Part shown: one piece after another, positions 52,001-61,133 of the stretch
Layout of the letters: each line of letters starts with the position of its first letter
Numbering within the stretch: position 1 is the first letter of the stretch
Assembly: GCA_050084985.1 (NCBI GenBank)
Contig: JBITNC010000001.1
Coordinates: 69,502,001 to 69,566,000, forward strand
DNA from: Nageia nagi
Lineage: Eukaryota; Plantae; Pinophyta
Length of the DNA: 64,000 bases
Direction: 5' to 3'
Program-made: the position numbers and the translations under genes
Notes under the pieces: generated by a model
What the model was told of the DNA's origin: nothing
The model's database searches: none
What the model saw: only the letters and a program-made list of their open reading frames with translations

Positions 52001-55000
52001 TTCTCATGCTACAAAAATCCTGGATGAGGATTTCAAAGGACGTGTTGAGGCGTTGGGCCCACCAACTGCCTAGTCACATTATTTGTTTTTTTATTATATT
52101 TCATAATTATTTTGGAGAAACTTTAATTTAATTGTTAATAAATTTCCAAGTTTGTGATGGATGAGGATTTGCTCCCACAAACTTGGATGACATCTTGTAA
52201 TGCAATGTGGCATATTTCTATTGGACTATGCTTTATTCCTTGGAAATTGTACTTAGGGTTAGGGCAACACTTTGAGTTGCCACAAAACTGTATATAGCCC
52301 ATTTGGGCTCATTTGTAAAGGAGGAGACATTTGTGCAAATTAGGACACTTATACAATATTTTCAAACTTGCAAGTTCCCCTTTTTCGCAATTGTGATATA
52401 ATTTTCATGTAATTGAAGTGAGCATGTTCTTATTTGAGACTATGGATGTCATCATATGTTATTTCTCCATGCTATCTTAAGTGTTTGGATCATTTTGTAA
52501 ATCTTCTAAAAGGTGGACAAAAGAGTGCTTGCAAATCTTTTGAAACATTTTAAGTGGTGTGTGTGGTTGTAACATTCTATAGTTTGCACATTGGATTAGT
52601 GTCTTCGGAGAGAACTCGCATATGTCGTTTAACCTAGGAACTTCATTCCATGGTTGAGTCTTGCCCCATCCAATCTCACCTTTCCACCGCTTTAGCTTCA
52701 AGCTCCCCTTGTCGAGGTATTCGTGTTGTTGCCTCACAAGTCGGATTGGGAATGCTTGGAACCTAGATCAAACCCATGCGTGTCTAGTCTCCGAAATTCA
52801 CAATAGTCAGTAAGAACATTGCCTTAGAGCCCCATTCATATATCACAGTCTCTTCACAAATTTTTTCTTTATTTTTCCATTTTTTGTGCGGCTTTCGCAA
52901 CAAACTCCTTTTATTTTCTATTTTCTTTAAGAAACAACCTTACTTGGATTAGAGACCCGTCAAGTCCTTGAATAACAAATTTCATTTGAGTTAGAAACAA
53001 CTTTAAACATCTCCACCTAGTCACCTGAATGAATCCCTGCATCCTTCACTTTCTGACCTTTAAGGTAAACAATCCTCATAGCGGGTAGGGGTAATGCCCT
53101 ACCACTTAGGTGTTGGAGTCTTTCTACCAATTTGCAAGGGTGGGAAAGAAAAAGCCCCCAACAGAAGGTAGGCATAAGAAAATCATAGATTATCATTTTG
53201 GATTAATGAATCACTTTAGGAGGAACAAGAAGGTAAATTTCCCTTTCTTTGTCCTACATTCACTTCAATTGTCGATTGAAAAGTTTATGGAGAAGTAGGC
53301 CAAAGACCCCACTCCATGAATGTTTGTTACTTATAATGTATAAGATTAAACTAGAAGAAACTCATCTAAGAATGATGCAAGAAAATGAAGTAGCAATACG
53401 GGCTCGGAAGAGGTGGAAAGCTCTGCTAGAAACAGGAAGGGAAAGTAAATAATAGAGGACGTGGAGGAGGACATCCCAATTTCTAAATTGATAAAGAAGA
53501 AGAAACATAAAATGAATGAAACAGGTAGCAAGGGAGGAGACAAAAGATAAGATTCAAAAGAAATAGAGCAGTTGGAAAAGGAAGAACAACTAAGCAAAAA
53601 GACTGATGCAAAAGGGGAAAAAAAAGAGAACCCAGGAAGGAGAAGGAAGGCAAGGAGCTAGAGAGTACGTCTGTTGCATCCCAAAAAGATGCAGACAGAA
53701 AGAGAGTCAAATGCACAGCAAGAACACAAGTCCACAAATTATTGATTTAGAGAAGCACAAGATGGACATTAAACGTTTCGAAATTAGGAAGAGGAAACAG
53801 AATGTTAAAAAAAATTTCGTGAACACATGGAAGGATTCAGGGAAGAAAAGGGATTTTAAGCAATTGGGTCTGAGGCCGCCATAGAGTGCACATAATCATA
53901 ATAGAATGCTGCTTGACGCTATTCTAAGCCAAAAAGGGTTGAATCCTCTGTTTGAAGAGGTGATGACTGATAGTTAAAAGAATTCCGAGATGTAAGGTAT
54001 ATCAGACATTCTACAAGAAAGGCTACAAGGAACTTCATTTTGAGTTTGACGATGATGAAGATGATAGTGGAAAGCTAATCGACATTATCCGCTTTCCTCA
54101 TTTTAAGGCTGATGATACTGACAATATCTGAGGAACAAGTGGTATCTTACAACTAACTTTTTGATGATCACCCCATTATTTAATGCTACAGTGTTTTCTG
54201 TTGTTTTTAAAGAAGAGTAGGATTTCGCTTCAGTCTCCTACTGCTGCAGTTTGGTATATATACCTACTTTATGCTGTAAATATTGCTGTGAAAGGTATAT
54301 CTTTTGTTATTTTTGATAGCAAACAGCTATGACAATATAGCTGTAGCCATTTTGCGATGTAAAGGTTAAGGAAACCCTTTCAAAGCTCTGTAATTTTACT
54401 TAATAATCAACAAAAAAAGCCTCAATTTGAGAAATCTTTAGGATTGCTTATGTTGCAGGATAAAGACCAAATATGTTTAAGATTGCTTCTGCTGCAAGAT
54501 AAAGACTTTTGTTTGCTTATGCATCCAATCCTAAACAAGTGCCGAGTATACAACCTTAACAAGGACTTTTGTTTGTATGCTATCATGAACTGGGACTTGC
54601 AGCAAACTATTCACATGCAACCTCTTGGTCAAAAGCACACTGTGCAGATTCAATTTATGCGTTGAGTGTTGATAGATGACCAATGCTCAATGACTTTCAA
54701 AAACTCTAAGCGGCCTTTATTACTATGATCTGCAGATCTAAAATAGTGAGAATTCAAGGAGATATTTGTAGTTTATGTGCAAGGAGAATAAAAACTTCAG
54801 CCACCTAAAAGATTGGTCAATAATATGTTTTATCCAACAAAATTCTCTGGTATCAAAACCTTTTTCTTTCTCACAAAATCATGTATAATCACTTAATGGA
54901 AAAAAAATCAAACACGAATTCCACAGACAAGAAGCACTGGAGTCTTTGGAGTCTTTATCGACAGTTCAATATCTACAACAAAGTGATTATAACAGAAATG

Positions 55001-58000
55001 TGAAGCTTGAAAGGTATGAGAAAGCAGGTGTTATTATTGTTGTGTTTTGTAAAAGTTTTTGTTTAAGTTTGGATCATTCCATGGTTTTTCCCACTCAACT
55101 CAACATCTTCATAAACTCGAAAGAGTTTTAATGAATGTGTATTTTTTGTGGTTCTTGAGTCAACAAAAATTCACATGCCCTTACATATAGCCAATAGATA
55201 AATGCATCAAGAAAGGAGACAAGACAACTTTCTGGGGTCTTTCTTATTTTGTAGGTGGTTCACCATTTTTAAAGATGTAGATAATTTTTATAGCAAATTG
55301 ACTATTTTGTGACTCATTAATCAACAGAAAACGTGTGTGCCAAGAAAAAAAGCTCACCAACATCTAAATACATAAGAAAAGAGCATAAAACATAAAAGCC
55401 TTTTATTCTTCCCTCTCTTCAATGTGTTTATGAAGGAAACTCTTCAACCAACAAGCAACTGATTTCAAAAAAATAAAATGAACCTACAGTGCCAGCATAA
55501 TCATCATACATGTGAATAGCCAGCACAATCAAACAAATCTACAGTGCCATTACAACATAAGAAAAATTCCCAGCACAAACAAATAAATCAAGTAATCAAA
55601 AAAGCATTTATTAACAAATATGTGCAGAATAATAAAATGATATGACTTGGACAAGCAATACCAAAAAAATAGACAATGATATAGATGTTGATGTATGCAG
55701 CATTGAAGATGTAATACGAATTGGTCTTCACATAAGAGTTTCCAAAAAAATATTCTCAACCAAACTATAGTGGACTCCTATGCATTCATCTTCTGCATAA
55801 TAAACAACAAATCCCCTTCCCAAAATTCGTTCTTATCCTCGTGAGTACCAATCACAGGCCTAATATGCATAGTACTTGTACTAAACAATACGTTTGAGTG
55901 GAACCACTAAACCCTAGATAAGGTATACAAGATTACTTAAAGACAAGAAAGGTAGAAATGACACAGAAAGGGAAATTGACTATATGAATATCGCATCACA
56001 TGAAACTGCATCACAAAAATTTGTGTGTATTTGTAAGGCATCAGAAATGAAATGAAATATTTATAATATCTACTGACAGAAGTTATTTCAGAGCTCAGTG
56101 GAACCTTTTGAATAGAACAAATAAAACAGGTTGTGTGGAAGGTTAAGATAATTCATAAAAAGGCACATAAAAACTTACATTAATTTGAAGAGTCTCTCCC
56201 CTTGATGTGTCAACTATAAGCTCACTCTCTGTCACGGGATGGAGAAATAATGCTGTAAAATTGAAAACAAAATTAGTGACAATGCTCATCTTTTTCTATC
56301 ATTTCTGCCAGTTCAAAAAGATACTACTCAAACATGTGATTTATGACCAATCATGGAAGGTGTAATTAACACACAAAGTGGCAGGCAACCATCAGAAAAT
56401 TCCACTCAGAAGCATCTATGAATAAGTAGTAACTAATCTCACCCAACAAACAAAATGGATGTTTGTGTTCAAAAAAGGTTAACCTTCTACATAAATTAGA
56501 ATGGCTGTATTCTAAGGATATTCCCTTTTACAATATCCTTCACTTAACAGAGACAACAACAGCCAGATTCACAAGTTACATGCAAAAAAGTTTGGAATCA
56601 GCAATGACAAGATCAACTGTGTTTAGAAGTTGTACATTATAACAGCTTTTAAATTTACAAAAATGGATGATAACTCATTAAAAATGAAATCTAATGATTC
56701 CATACAAAATGATGTTTCAATGGCATCTGCTCTCGATATTTGTGCAAATTTACGGAATGCATGCAACCCAGTGGATCTGCACAGCCACTGACTAGGCAGC
56801 TGAGACAGCATCCACATGATCTTCTTACCCTAGAAAACATGTTTTTCTTTCTTGATTTTAGGCTGACAAATCCATTCACTAGTATTTTTGCAGGGCAGAT
56901 ATGCTTGGAGTGAGAAAGACTAATGTATATATGCTGGGAAGCGGTAGAAGATCAAACAACAATCGCAAGTCAACTTTCACACAGTAACAGGTCCCATCAC
57001 TAAAATGTAACAGGTCACTTGATATTTATTTCTAACTATGGGCATATCAACGATCCTTGGATACATATGGAAATATGCATAACACCAGTCTTATTATATC
57101 ATAGTTGGCATAAGTGGAGTTCTAAGGCATTGAAATATTATTCTCTTAACAGGTATGCTTAACAAGAGGTGGGGTTCTCAAGGTGTTATCTTTGCTTTCC
57201 TCATAGACATTGCTTCTCAAGGTTCTGAAGACCTTTGAATATACTTTGGAACCTTAAATTAACTTCATTTTTTTTTCAATCCATACCTTCCTACTTTCAG
57301 CTAGAGATACTTTTTGCAGATCTTCATATCCTTAGTGATATACCCAAAAAAGGATTTTGAATCAGGTCTTATTTCCAAATTTGATACAAAAAATAAACCT
57401 TCCTGACCTTAAAAATATATAAATAATAATGCACTTTTATTAAGGCAAAAGGGAAGGTAAAGAAACTCCAGCAAGAGTCAAAGCATGTTTAATCACAGCT
57501 CGGAATGTAAGGATAAAAATTCCAAGAAATTGACAGAGGATTCAAAATGAGAAGCTAGTTGATCCACAATATCCCAATCGAGTGACTAGGGTAGAACCGT
57601 AGAAGAATAATACGTTGGTAAATGATGAAGTGCCCTTGCAGACTGCGTTAATTGTGATAGTAATAAGTGGGAATATCACAAATATTTTTAATAAAAGGTT
57701 CTTCCCAAAGCAACTTGGAGCAACCAAAAATATAATTGGCTATTTGCTGGATATAAAGCAGTAGAAAATTCCTATGCTTAGATCCTACAAGGCCGCATTG
57801 AAATTTGCATCCAATGAACCCAAGCAAACCCTAATTTTGCGATAAACAGTGAACAACGTCCAGTACCCTTCGTTCGCATATCCATACTTTCATTGAGAGA
57901 GAGTGCTTCAATGAAATTATAAAAAGACCTGAATTTGACTCAAAATAAAATCAAATACTAAAACAAAACTTACACAACTCCGAGAAGAAGAGCAACACCA

Positions 58001-58112
58001 TTATAATGGAGGAGAAAAGGGTAATAACGCCACCGGATAAAGTTCTGCTGTAAAAGTCTTCATTGATCTTTGGATATGCGTCCAGCTGCCGAAGTTTATT
58101 CATTACCTGCAT
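9924..58112 (-). CDS. ERGIC3: ERGIC3/Erv46-family endoplasmic reticulum-Golgi intermediate compartment protein (spliced gene, 11 exons visible, 3'-partial)
   Basis: Manual splicing of 11 GT-AG exons gives 999 nt/333 aa with no stops: MQVMNKLRQLDAYPKINEDFYSRTLSGG...DAMDISGEQHLDV...YCGSCYGAE...CCNNCEEVREAYRKKGW...GCNLYGSIEVNKVAGNFHFAPG...MYQYFIKVVPTVY...FSVTEH...PGVFFFYDLSPIK. These are hallmark ERGIC_N/COPIIcoated_ERV motifs. The second TM segment and C-terminus were not found in the window. Confidence 0.96.
10115..10168 (-). CDS. ERGIC3: ERGIC3 exon 10 (VVPTVYTDIRGNKILTNQ)
   Basis: TGCAG acceptor, GTTAG donor. Confidence 0.95.
10310..10361 (-). CDS. ERGIC3: ERGIC3 exon 9 (VEQGQQTATGMYQYFIK)
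   Basis: TTCCAG acceptor, GTGGG donor, phase consistent. Confidence 0.93.
10492..10559 (-). CDS. ERGIC3: ERGIC3 exon 8 (VSHKIHKLSFGAHFPGVVNPLDG)
   Basis: TGCAG acceptor, GTAAG donor. Confidence 0.95.
10731..10910 (-). CDS. ERGIC3: ERGIC3 exon 7 (CKREGFLQ...VNKVAGNFHFAPG...KESFN)
   Basis: TAG acceptor, GTAAG donor. Confidence 0.95.
12792..15553 (-). mobile_element. Solo LTR A (2.76 kb, probably Ty3/Gypsy) with palindrome array
   Basis: TSD GGGAA on both sides; termini TGTTGGG...CACAATA (CA>TA); reverse-complement homologue of 41304-44169. Confidence 0.9.
14060..15285. repeat. Array of ~11 interspaced palindromes AAAAGACAA-GATT-TTGTCTTTT
   Basis: Copies near 14065, 14255, 14327, 14475, 14545, 14693, 14755, 14898, 15012, 15128, 15243. 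Confidence 0.9.
16405..17548. mobile_element. Solo LTR (1144 bp, Gypsy Tat/Ogre-like termini)
   Basis: Termini TGTAGACA...TGTCTACA; TSD GAAAC on both sides; internal ~300-bp degenerate direct repeat (~16610-16850 / ~16915-17130). Confidence 0.88.
18435..18527 (-). CDS. ERGIC3: ERGIC3 exon 6 (SDDDCCNNCEEVREAYRKKGWALSNPDLIDQ)
   Basis: CAG acceptor, GTAG donor, CCNxCEEVREAY motif. Confidence 0.95.
18737..19810. repeat. ~580-bp tandem duplication in ERGIC3 intron 5
   Basis: Copies start AGTTTGAYTGGAAGCAGCCAAGAAAAACT at 18737 and 19320 and align throughout; the first copy has an extra ~65-bp internal duplication. Confidence 0.9.
20228..20308 (-). CDS. ERGIC3: ERGIC3 exon 5 (IENPLQRHGGRLEHNETYCGSCYGAEQ)
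   Basis: TGCAG acceptor, GT donor, CGSCYGA motif. Confidence 0.95.
22628..22709. repeat. Short direct repeat (46-bp period)
   Basis: CCTCAAACAAATACTAGGCA..ATATTAAGTTACA occurs twice. Confidence 0.75.
23209..23428. mobile_element. MITE/foldback element with ~54-bp imperfect terminal inverted repeats
   Basis: AAGCTATCCTCCCTCCAAATTCGAGCATATAC...CAAAA is the reverse complement of TTTTGGG...GTATATGTTCAAATTTGGAGGGAGAATAGCTT. Confidence 0.75.
24692..25722 (+). mobile_element. 5'-truncated LINE 3' end
   Basis: 19-bp TSD ATATATAATC(A/T)AATGTATT; short A-tail; 3' motif TGTAAAAGGTATCAGGTCCTTTCAAAACC similar to that of the L1 ending at 54418. Confidence 0.8.
26354..26651. mobile_element. Degenerate hAT-type MITE
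   Basis: CATAG...ATTATG ends; repeated (C)CGAGTTTTTGCC-type subterminal motifs like those of 28628-29675; no matching TSD. Confidence 0.45.
26780..26860 (-). CDS. ERGIC3: ERGIC3 exon 4 (KHNIIKKRIDSHGNVIETRLDGIGAPL)
   Basis: CTGCAG acceptor, GTTGGT donor; lies within ORF 26723..26965. Confidence 0.93.
27520..29809 (+). mobile_element. Possible old solo LTR interrupted by a hAT element
   Basis: TGTTAG start, AATAAA-containing LTR-like composition, ends CATCA; TSD does not match. Confidence 0.3.
28628..29675 (+). mobile_element. Non-autonomous hAT DNA transposon (1048 bp)
   Basis: TIR CATAGTAGCAAA / TTTACTACTATG; perfect 8-bp TSD AGAGGGAA; many CCGAGTC/GACTCG subterminal repeats; internal transposase C-terminal remnant LDAIDPSSEWIVDD... 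(28958-29278). Confidence 0.93.
30290..31610 (+). repeat. Two copies (~30290-30535, ~31370-31610) of a Q/P/W-rich coding-like fragment, probably a Gypsy gag linker
   Basis: HGNQNWSQPQV(Y/N)WSQWSQQEWHP...APPKQPPLP(A/V)QPVP in both copies. Confidence 0.6.
32236..32319 (-). CDS. ERGIC3: ERGIC3 exon 3 (FDVTFPSLACSILSLDAMDISGEQHLDV)
   Basis: TTCCAG acceptor, GTGAG donor, conserved motif. Confidence 0.95.
33150..34140 (-). mobile_element. Ty3/Gypsy 5' fragment (LTR end, PBS, gag remnant)
   Basis: Minus strand ...TATGACA then TGGTATCA PBS (33900-33907), followed by KVPLFQIRRFDGT*LVVWINEIETQFELHDV, a gag-like N-terminus. Confidence 0.6.
34146..35337 (+). mobile_element. Partial LTR D related to solo LTRs A/B/C (3' part only; left boundary approximate)
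   Basis: Shares TTAGGGCAACAC, TAGCTTCACGCTCCT..CACTAGAC and GGAAAGAAAA..CCCAACA end with LTRs A-C; lacks the palindrome array. Confidence 0.75.
35360..36720 (+). mobile_element. Non-LTR retrotransposon RT fragment of RTE-X/L2/CR1-like type (pseudogenised)
   Basis: ORF 35382-35945: KQCGSLSASLFGIYIDE...LLFAHGVVL...GLQRQL..L..FC....VVNLNK (RT domains 4-7); downstream QLRV..H..IE...R.C.L..VE...HF.F.C C-terminal motif. Confidence 0.8.
40328..40478 (+). mobile_element. ~150-bp insertion in Copia RT, possibly a tRNA-derived SINE
   Basis: Interrupts the PPGK..TKW motif; B-box-like GTTCAAATCC; A-rich end. Confidence 0.4.
41304..44169 (+). mobile_element. Solo LTR B (2.87 kb) with palindrome array, nested in Copia element 2
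   Basis: TGTTGTG...CCCAACA; TSD CAAGG; splits KRVLRYLQG|TLQF; TATA-like CTATTTATACCCC at ~43270. Confidence 0.93.
41600..42785. repeat. Array of ~11-12 interspaced palindromes AAAAGACAA-AATC-TTGTCTTTT
   Basis: Copies near 41610, 41725, 41800, 41912, 42060, 42118, 42260, 42333, 42480, 42551, (42648 half), 42746. Confidence 0.9.
48731..49063. mobile_element. hAT-like MITE inserted in LINE ORF2
   Basis: CAAGGT...ACCCTG termini, GGGAAC/GTTCCC subterminal repeats; LINE frame resumes afterwards (LIIDHAKWEI...FWKDRW). Confidence 0.65.
50266..50355 (+). repeat. 30-bp tandem repeat x3 (ALKQTEPSST)
   Basis: GCATTGAAGCAGACAGAGCCGTCATCTACA x3 with 2 substitutions. Confidence 0.9.
50728..53163 (+). mobile_element. 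Solo LTR C (2.44 kb) with palindrome array, nested in the LINE
   Basis: TGTTGTG...CCCAACA; TSD GAAGG; about 7 palindromes in 51035-51890. Confidence 0.93.
56179..56252 (-). CDS. ERGIC3: ERGIC3 exon 2 (SLFLHPVTESELIVDTSRGETLQIN)
   Basis: TTTTACAG acceptor, GTAAGT donor, phase consistent with exon 1. Confidence 0.95.
57974..58112 (-). CDS. ERGIC3: ERGIC3 exon 1 (MQVMNKLRQLDAYPKINEDFYSRTLSGGVITLFSSIIMVLLFFSEL)
   Basis: ATG with upstream in-frame stop; GTAAGT donor. Confidence 0.95.
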
Positions 58113-59152
58113 TTTTACTTCTATGTTTTATCCCTACGAGGTGAGGTTTCTCAAATTTTGAATGCTCTGGAGCTGGATCTCAGCTGAGAATTCTCATTGC
58201 TTGGCAGTAAGCGAATGGTTGCAGAGAATTTGAAGTTGTTCGGTTATGGCCTGCAACAGCGATATGTTCTTATCTGCATTTCGTTCTCCTGGAAAAGTTA
58301 TTTTCAAGGTGTAATAAACGTAGGGTTTTATTGTTAGTAATATATCTTGTTATTTAATGGTTGTCCGGAACTCGAGTTAGCCGCCTCGTCAGCCCACCAG
58401 ACCGGCCATGGAAGAAAATTCTACATTATTATTATTATTTAAAATTATATATTTGGAAAATGCAGAAAATTGTGGATTTTTTTTTTAATGAAATTATTCT
58501 TGAGAGTCAATTTTTTGGAATTAGATTCCGTGTTTGAGGAATTCTCTTTCGTCAAAGTCACCTGAGAGTTGTAATCGATCTCATCCACGCCAACATAGTC
58601 ACCCATCGGTTGGATTTAGCATATCCACATGATGTGAGGGGGTAGAGTTTTGAACCTAAGATCTCTCTTTTTCAACTTGAGAGTTTTATTTTCCCACTCC
58701 TCTCCAACTCCCCTCACATCATTGGATTTTTTATAGATATTGTAGATGTTTGTATGTGTAATCATTGATTTAGTAATAAAATTCCATTACTTAGCACTAG
58801 CACAATATATTATAAAGGCGAAGATTATGCAAGGTTAAATTCAATTACATATTATTTGTATATGTAAAAAATCAATCATTACTCCCTCGTCCTCTCTTTT
58901 GCTCCACTCCCTTTTAAGTGGGTCTAACAAATTTCTATTTTGTCTTACCATGTGCATATGTTAAGCAATTTCTAATGTGATATTCCCAAGGAGGATATTA
59001 CCATATTTGTAAGTCATTTATCTTACCTTATGCATATGTCTAGCAAATTTCTAATGAGGATATTACTGCCCAATTGCCCTTCCCTCCACTTTGCTTTGCA
59101 CATACCATGTGTGTATAACCTTGCTCCACTTTGCCTTCTCTCAAGAAGACAG

Positions 59153-59277
59153 CTTAAATGTTGTGTGTATGTCATGGCTTAAACGTTGTGCCTATGTCAC
59201 GACTTAAATGTTGTGCTTATGTCACGACTTAAATGTTGTGCCTATGTCATGACTTAAATGATGTGTGTATGTCATTG
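59153..59277. repeat. 25-bp minisatellite x5
   Basis: CTTAAATGTTGTG(T/C)(G/C/T)TATGTCA(T/C)G(G/A) units. Confidence 0.9.
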
Positions 59278-59399
59278 CTCCACTTCGCTTGGATTTCTCA
59301 CCAGCCCTATTAATGGTGAAGGTGAAAAACGTTTTGAATTTGAATCTCGTTCACTACATAGGATTCGTTGAAGCAACAAAAATTTGCTAGGATTCAAAC

Positions 59400-60400
59400 A
59401 TATGGAGGATTCAAATTATGTCTACAAGTGCAATTGTCACGAGTAATGTTGTAAACTTCGTTAACATTCTTTTGGCATGTTCCATCAAGAAGGTATAAAC
59501 ATCCATCGAATAGTTGTTGAAAATGATTTTTCATCGAATTTGTGGTTGTGAGTATCATGATAGACATGTATACAAAATGTGGAAGAATACACATGGCCTG
59601 AGGATTATTTGATGAGATACATGATGTAGATAGAGTTTCATGGAATGTAATGATTACAAGATATGCATTAAGTGGATTTTTTTAGAAGGACCTAAAGACT
59701 TTTAAGAAAAATTATCAAGAGTAAAGTTTGCAAATTTTGCCAACATTCTTCCATCATATACCACCATAGGAGCTTTAGAAGAAGGTACGAAAATCCATCA
59801 AAGAGTAATTGAAAGTGGCTTTTCATCATATCTTATGGTTTTGATTTCCATAATAGCCATGTATGCAAAATATGAAAGAATACATAAGGCCCATTAATTA
59901 TTTGATAAGATGCATGATGTAGATATAATTTTATGGATTGCAATGATCATTGGATATGCACGAAATGGGTTTTTTGAGAAGAACCTAGAGACTTTTAAGA
60001 AAATGCGATCATTAGGTGAAAATATGGACTTTGCAATCTTTTCTAGCATTCTTATAGCATGTGCCACAATAGGAGCTATAAAAGAAGGTATGGATATCCA
60101 TTTATGAGTAGTTGAAATGATTTTTCATCGAATGTTATGGTTGTGATTTCTCTCATGGCCATGTACGCAAAATGTGGAAGAATATATAAGGCTCGAGAAT
60201 TATTTAACAAGATGCAGGATGCGAACATAGTTTCATGGAATGCAATGATCATCAAATATGCACAAAATGGATTTTAAAACAATCTATTTGTCAGGAGTAA
60301 AGTTAGACTTTGAAATATTTGTTAGCATTCTTCCAACATGTGCCAACATGGGAGTTGTAGAAGAAGGTAAGGACATCCATCAAAGAGTATTGGTTGATTG
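59400..60400 (+). pseudogene. PLS-class pentatricopeptide repeat pseudogene fragment
   Basis: Three PLS triplets: DMYTKCGRIHMA*GLFDEIHDVDRVSWNVMI, WIAMIIGYARNG..FSSILIACATIGAIKEGMDIH, MYAKCGRIYKARELFNKM; several stops and frameshifts. Confidence 0.88.
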
Positions 60401-60587
60401 AACTTTTAGATGGAAAACTACTATATATCTAATGATGAGGATAGAATTTTTAGGTTTGATAGTACGTTGATTATCGTGATTGTGAGGGTTATGTGAAATT
60501 AAAAGCCATGATAAGGTAAAGGTTGATGTATTATGTAAAGATAATCATATATTATTTTATCTATACGATTATTTTGTATTGTAGTTT

Positions 60588-60740
60588 AGAAGTTGATTAG
60601 ATCAATCAAGTCTTCTAATGTAGAAGTTGATTAGATCAATTGAATCTTCTAATTACAAGTTGATTAAAACACACATAACAAAAGTTGATTAAATATCACT
60701 TGAGTATTTCATTGCAAAAGTTGATTAGGTGTCAATTAAG
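60588..60740. repeat. Degenerate ~34-bp tandem repeat (AAGTTGATTA core x5)
   Basis: Direct inspection. Confidence 0.7.
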
Positions 60741-61133
60741 ATTCATTGACACTTGGTATTTTGTTGTATTCGTTACAATAATCACTAACTATATAGCTTG
60801 AAAATTGTTGATCAGTTTACAAAATGTTGAAAATCCTTCAAAACCTATCATTTGTCATTAGAGTTTCTCTAGGAACTTGGATCAAGAAACTATTTTTATT
60901 TATCTTTAAGACCATATATTTGATTAGCAAAAAGGAGAATTGTTAGCTCATCTATTTTTTATAGCTACAACAAAAGTGTAACCCTTAATTATGTTTATAG
61001 GATTACAAATTTTACCATAAAGAACAAATAAATTATTTTATAGGATGACATCATAAACTAGAAAATTGGTAGTATGGTCACTTGGTTGAGGGAGGTTGAT
61101 CATTCAAGGGACCAACAAGGTTGTTACATCAAG

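Larger units (their letters stand above)
50257..53460 (+). pseudogene. Degenerate extra ORF of the LINE (split by solo LTR C at 50728-53163)
   Basis: MGGALKQTEPSST...LLPNTWYDVVDALMY*ITLEG|RHKKIIDYHFGLMNHFRRNKKVNFPFFVLHSL...PLHECLLLIMY; frame is continuous across the TSD; aligns by eye with the 4397-5040 translation. Confidence 0.75.
46760..54418 (+). mobile_element. 5'-truncated L1-clade LINE (ORF2 RT + zf-RVT, extra 3' ORF, A-tail) with nested MITE and solo LTR
   Basis: KSPGPHGF..FFQKYW, FRPISLCNVIFKIITK, KLDMQKAYDRV, HHQFVDD, zf-RVT W...HNKILT..NL.RRG...C..C..EES; A-tail at 54412-54418; left boundary approximate, TSD not identified. Confidence 0.92.
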
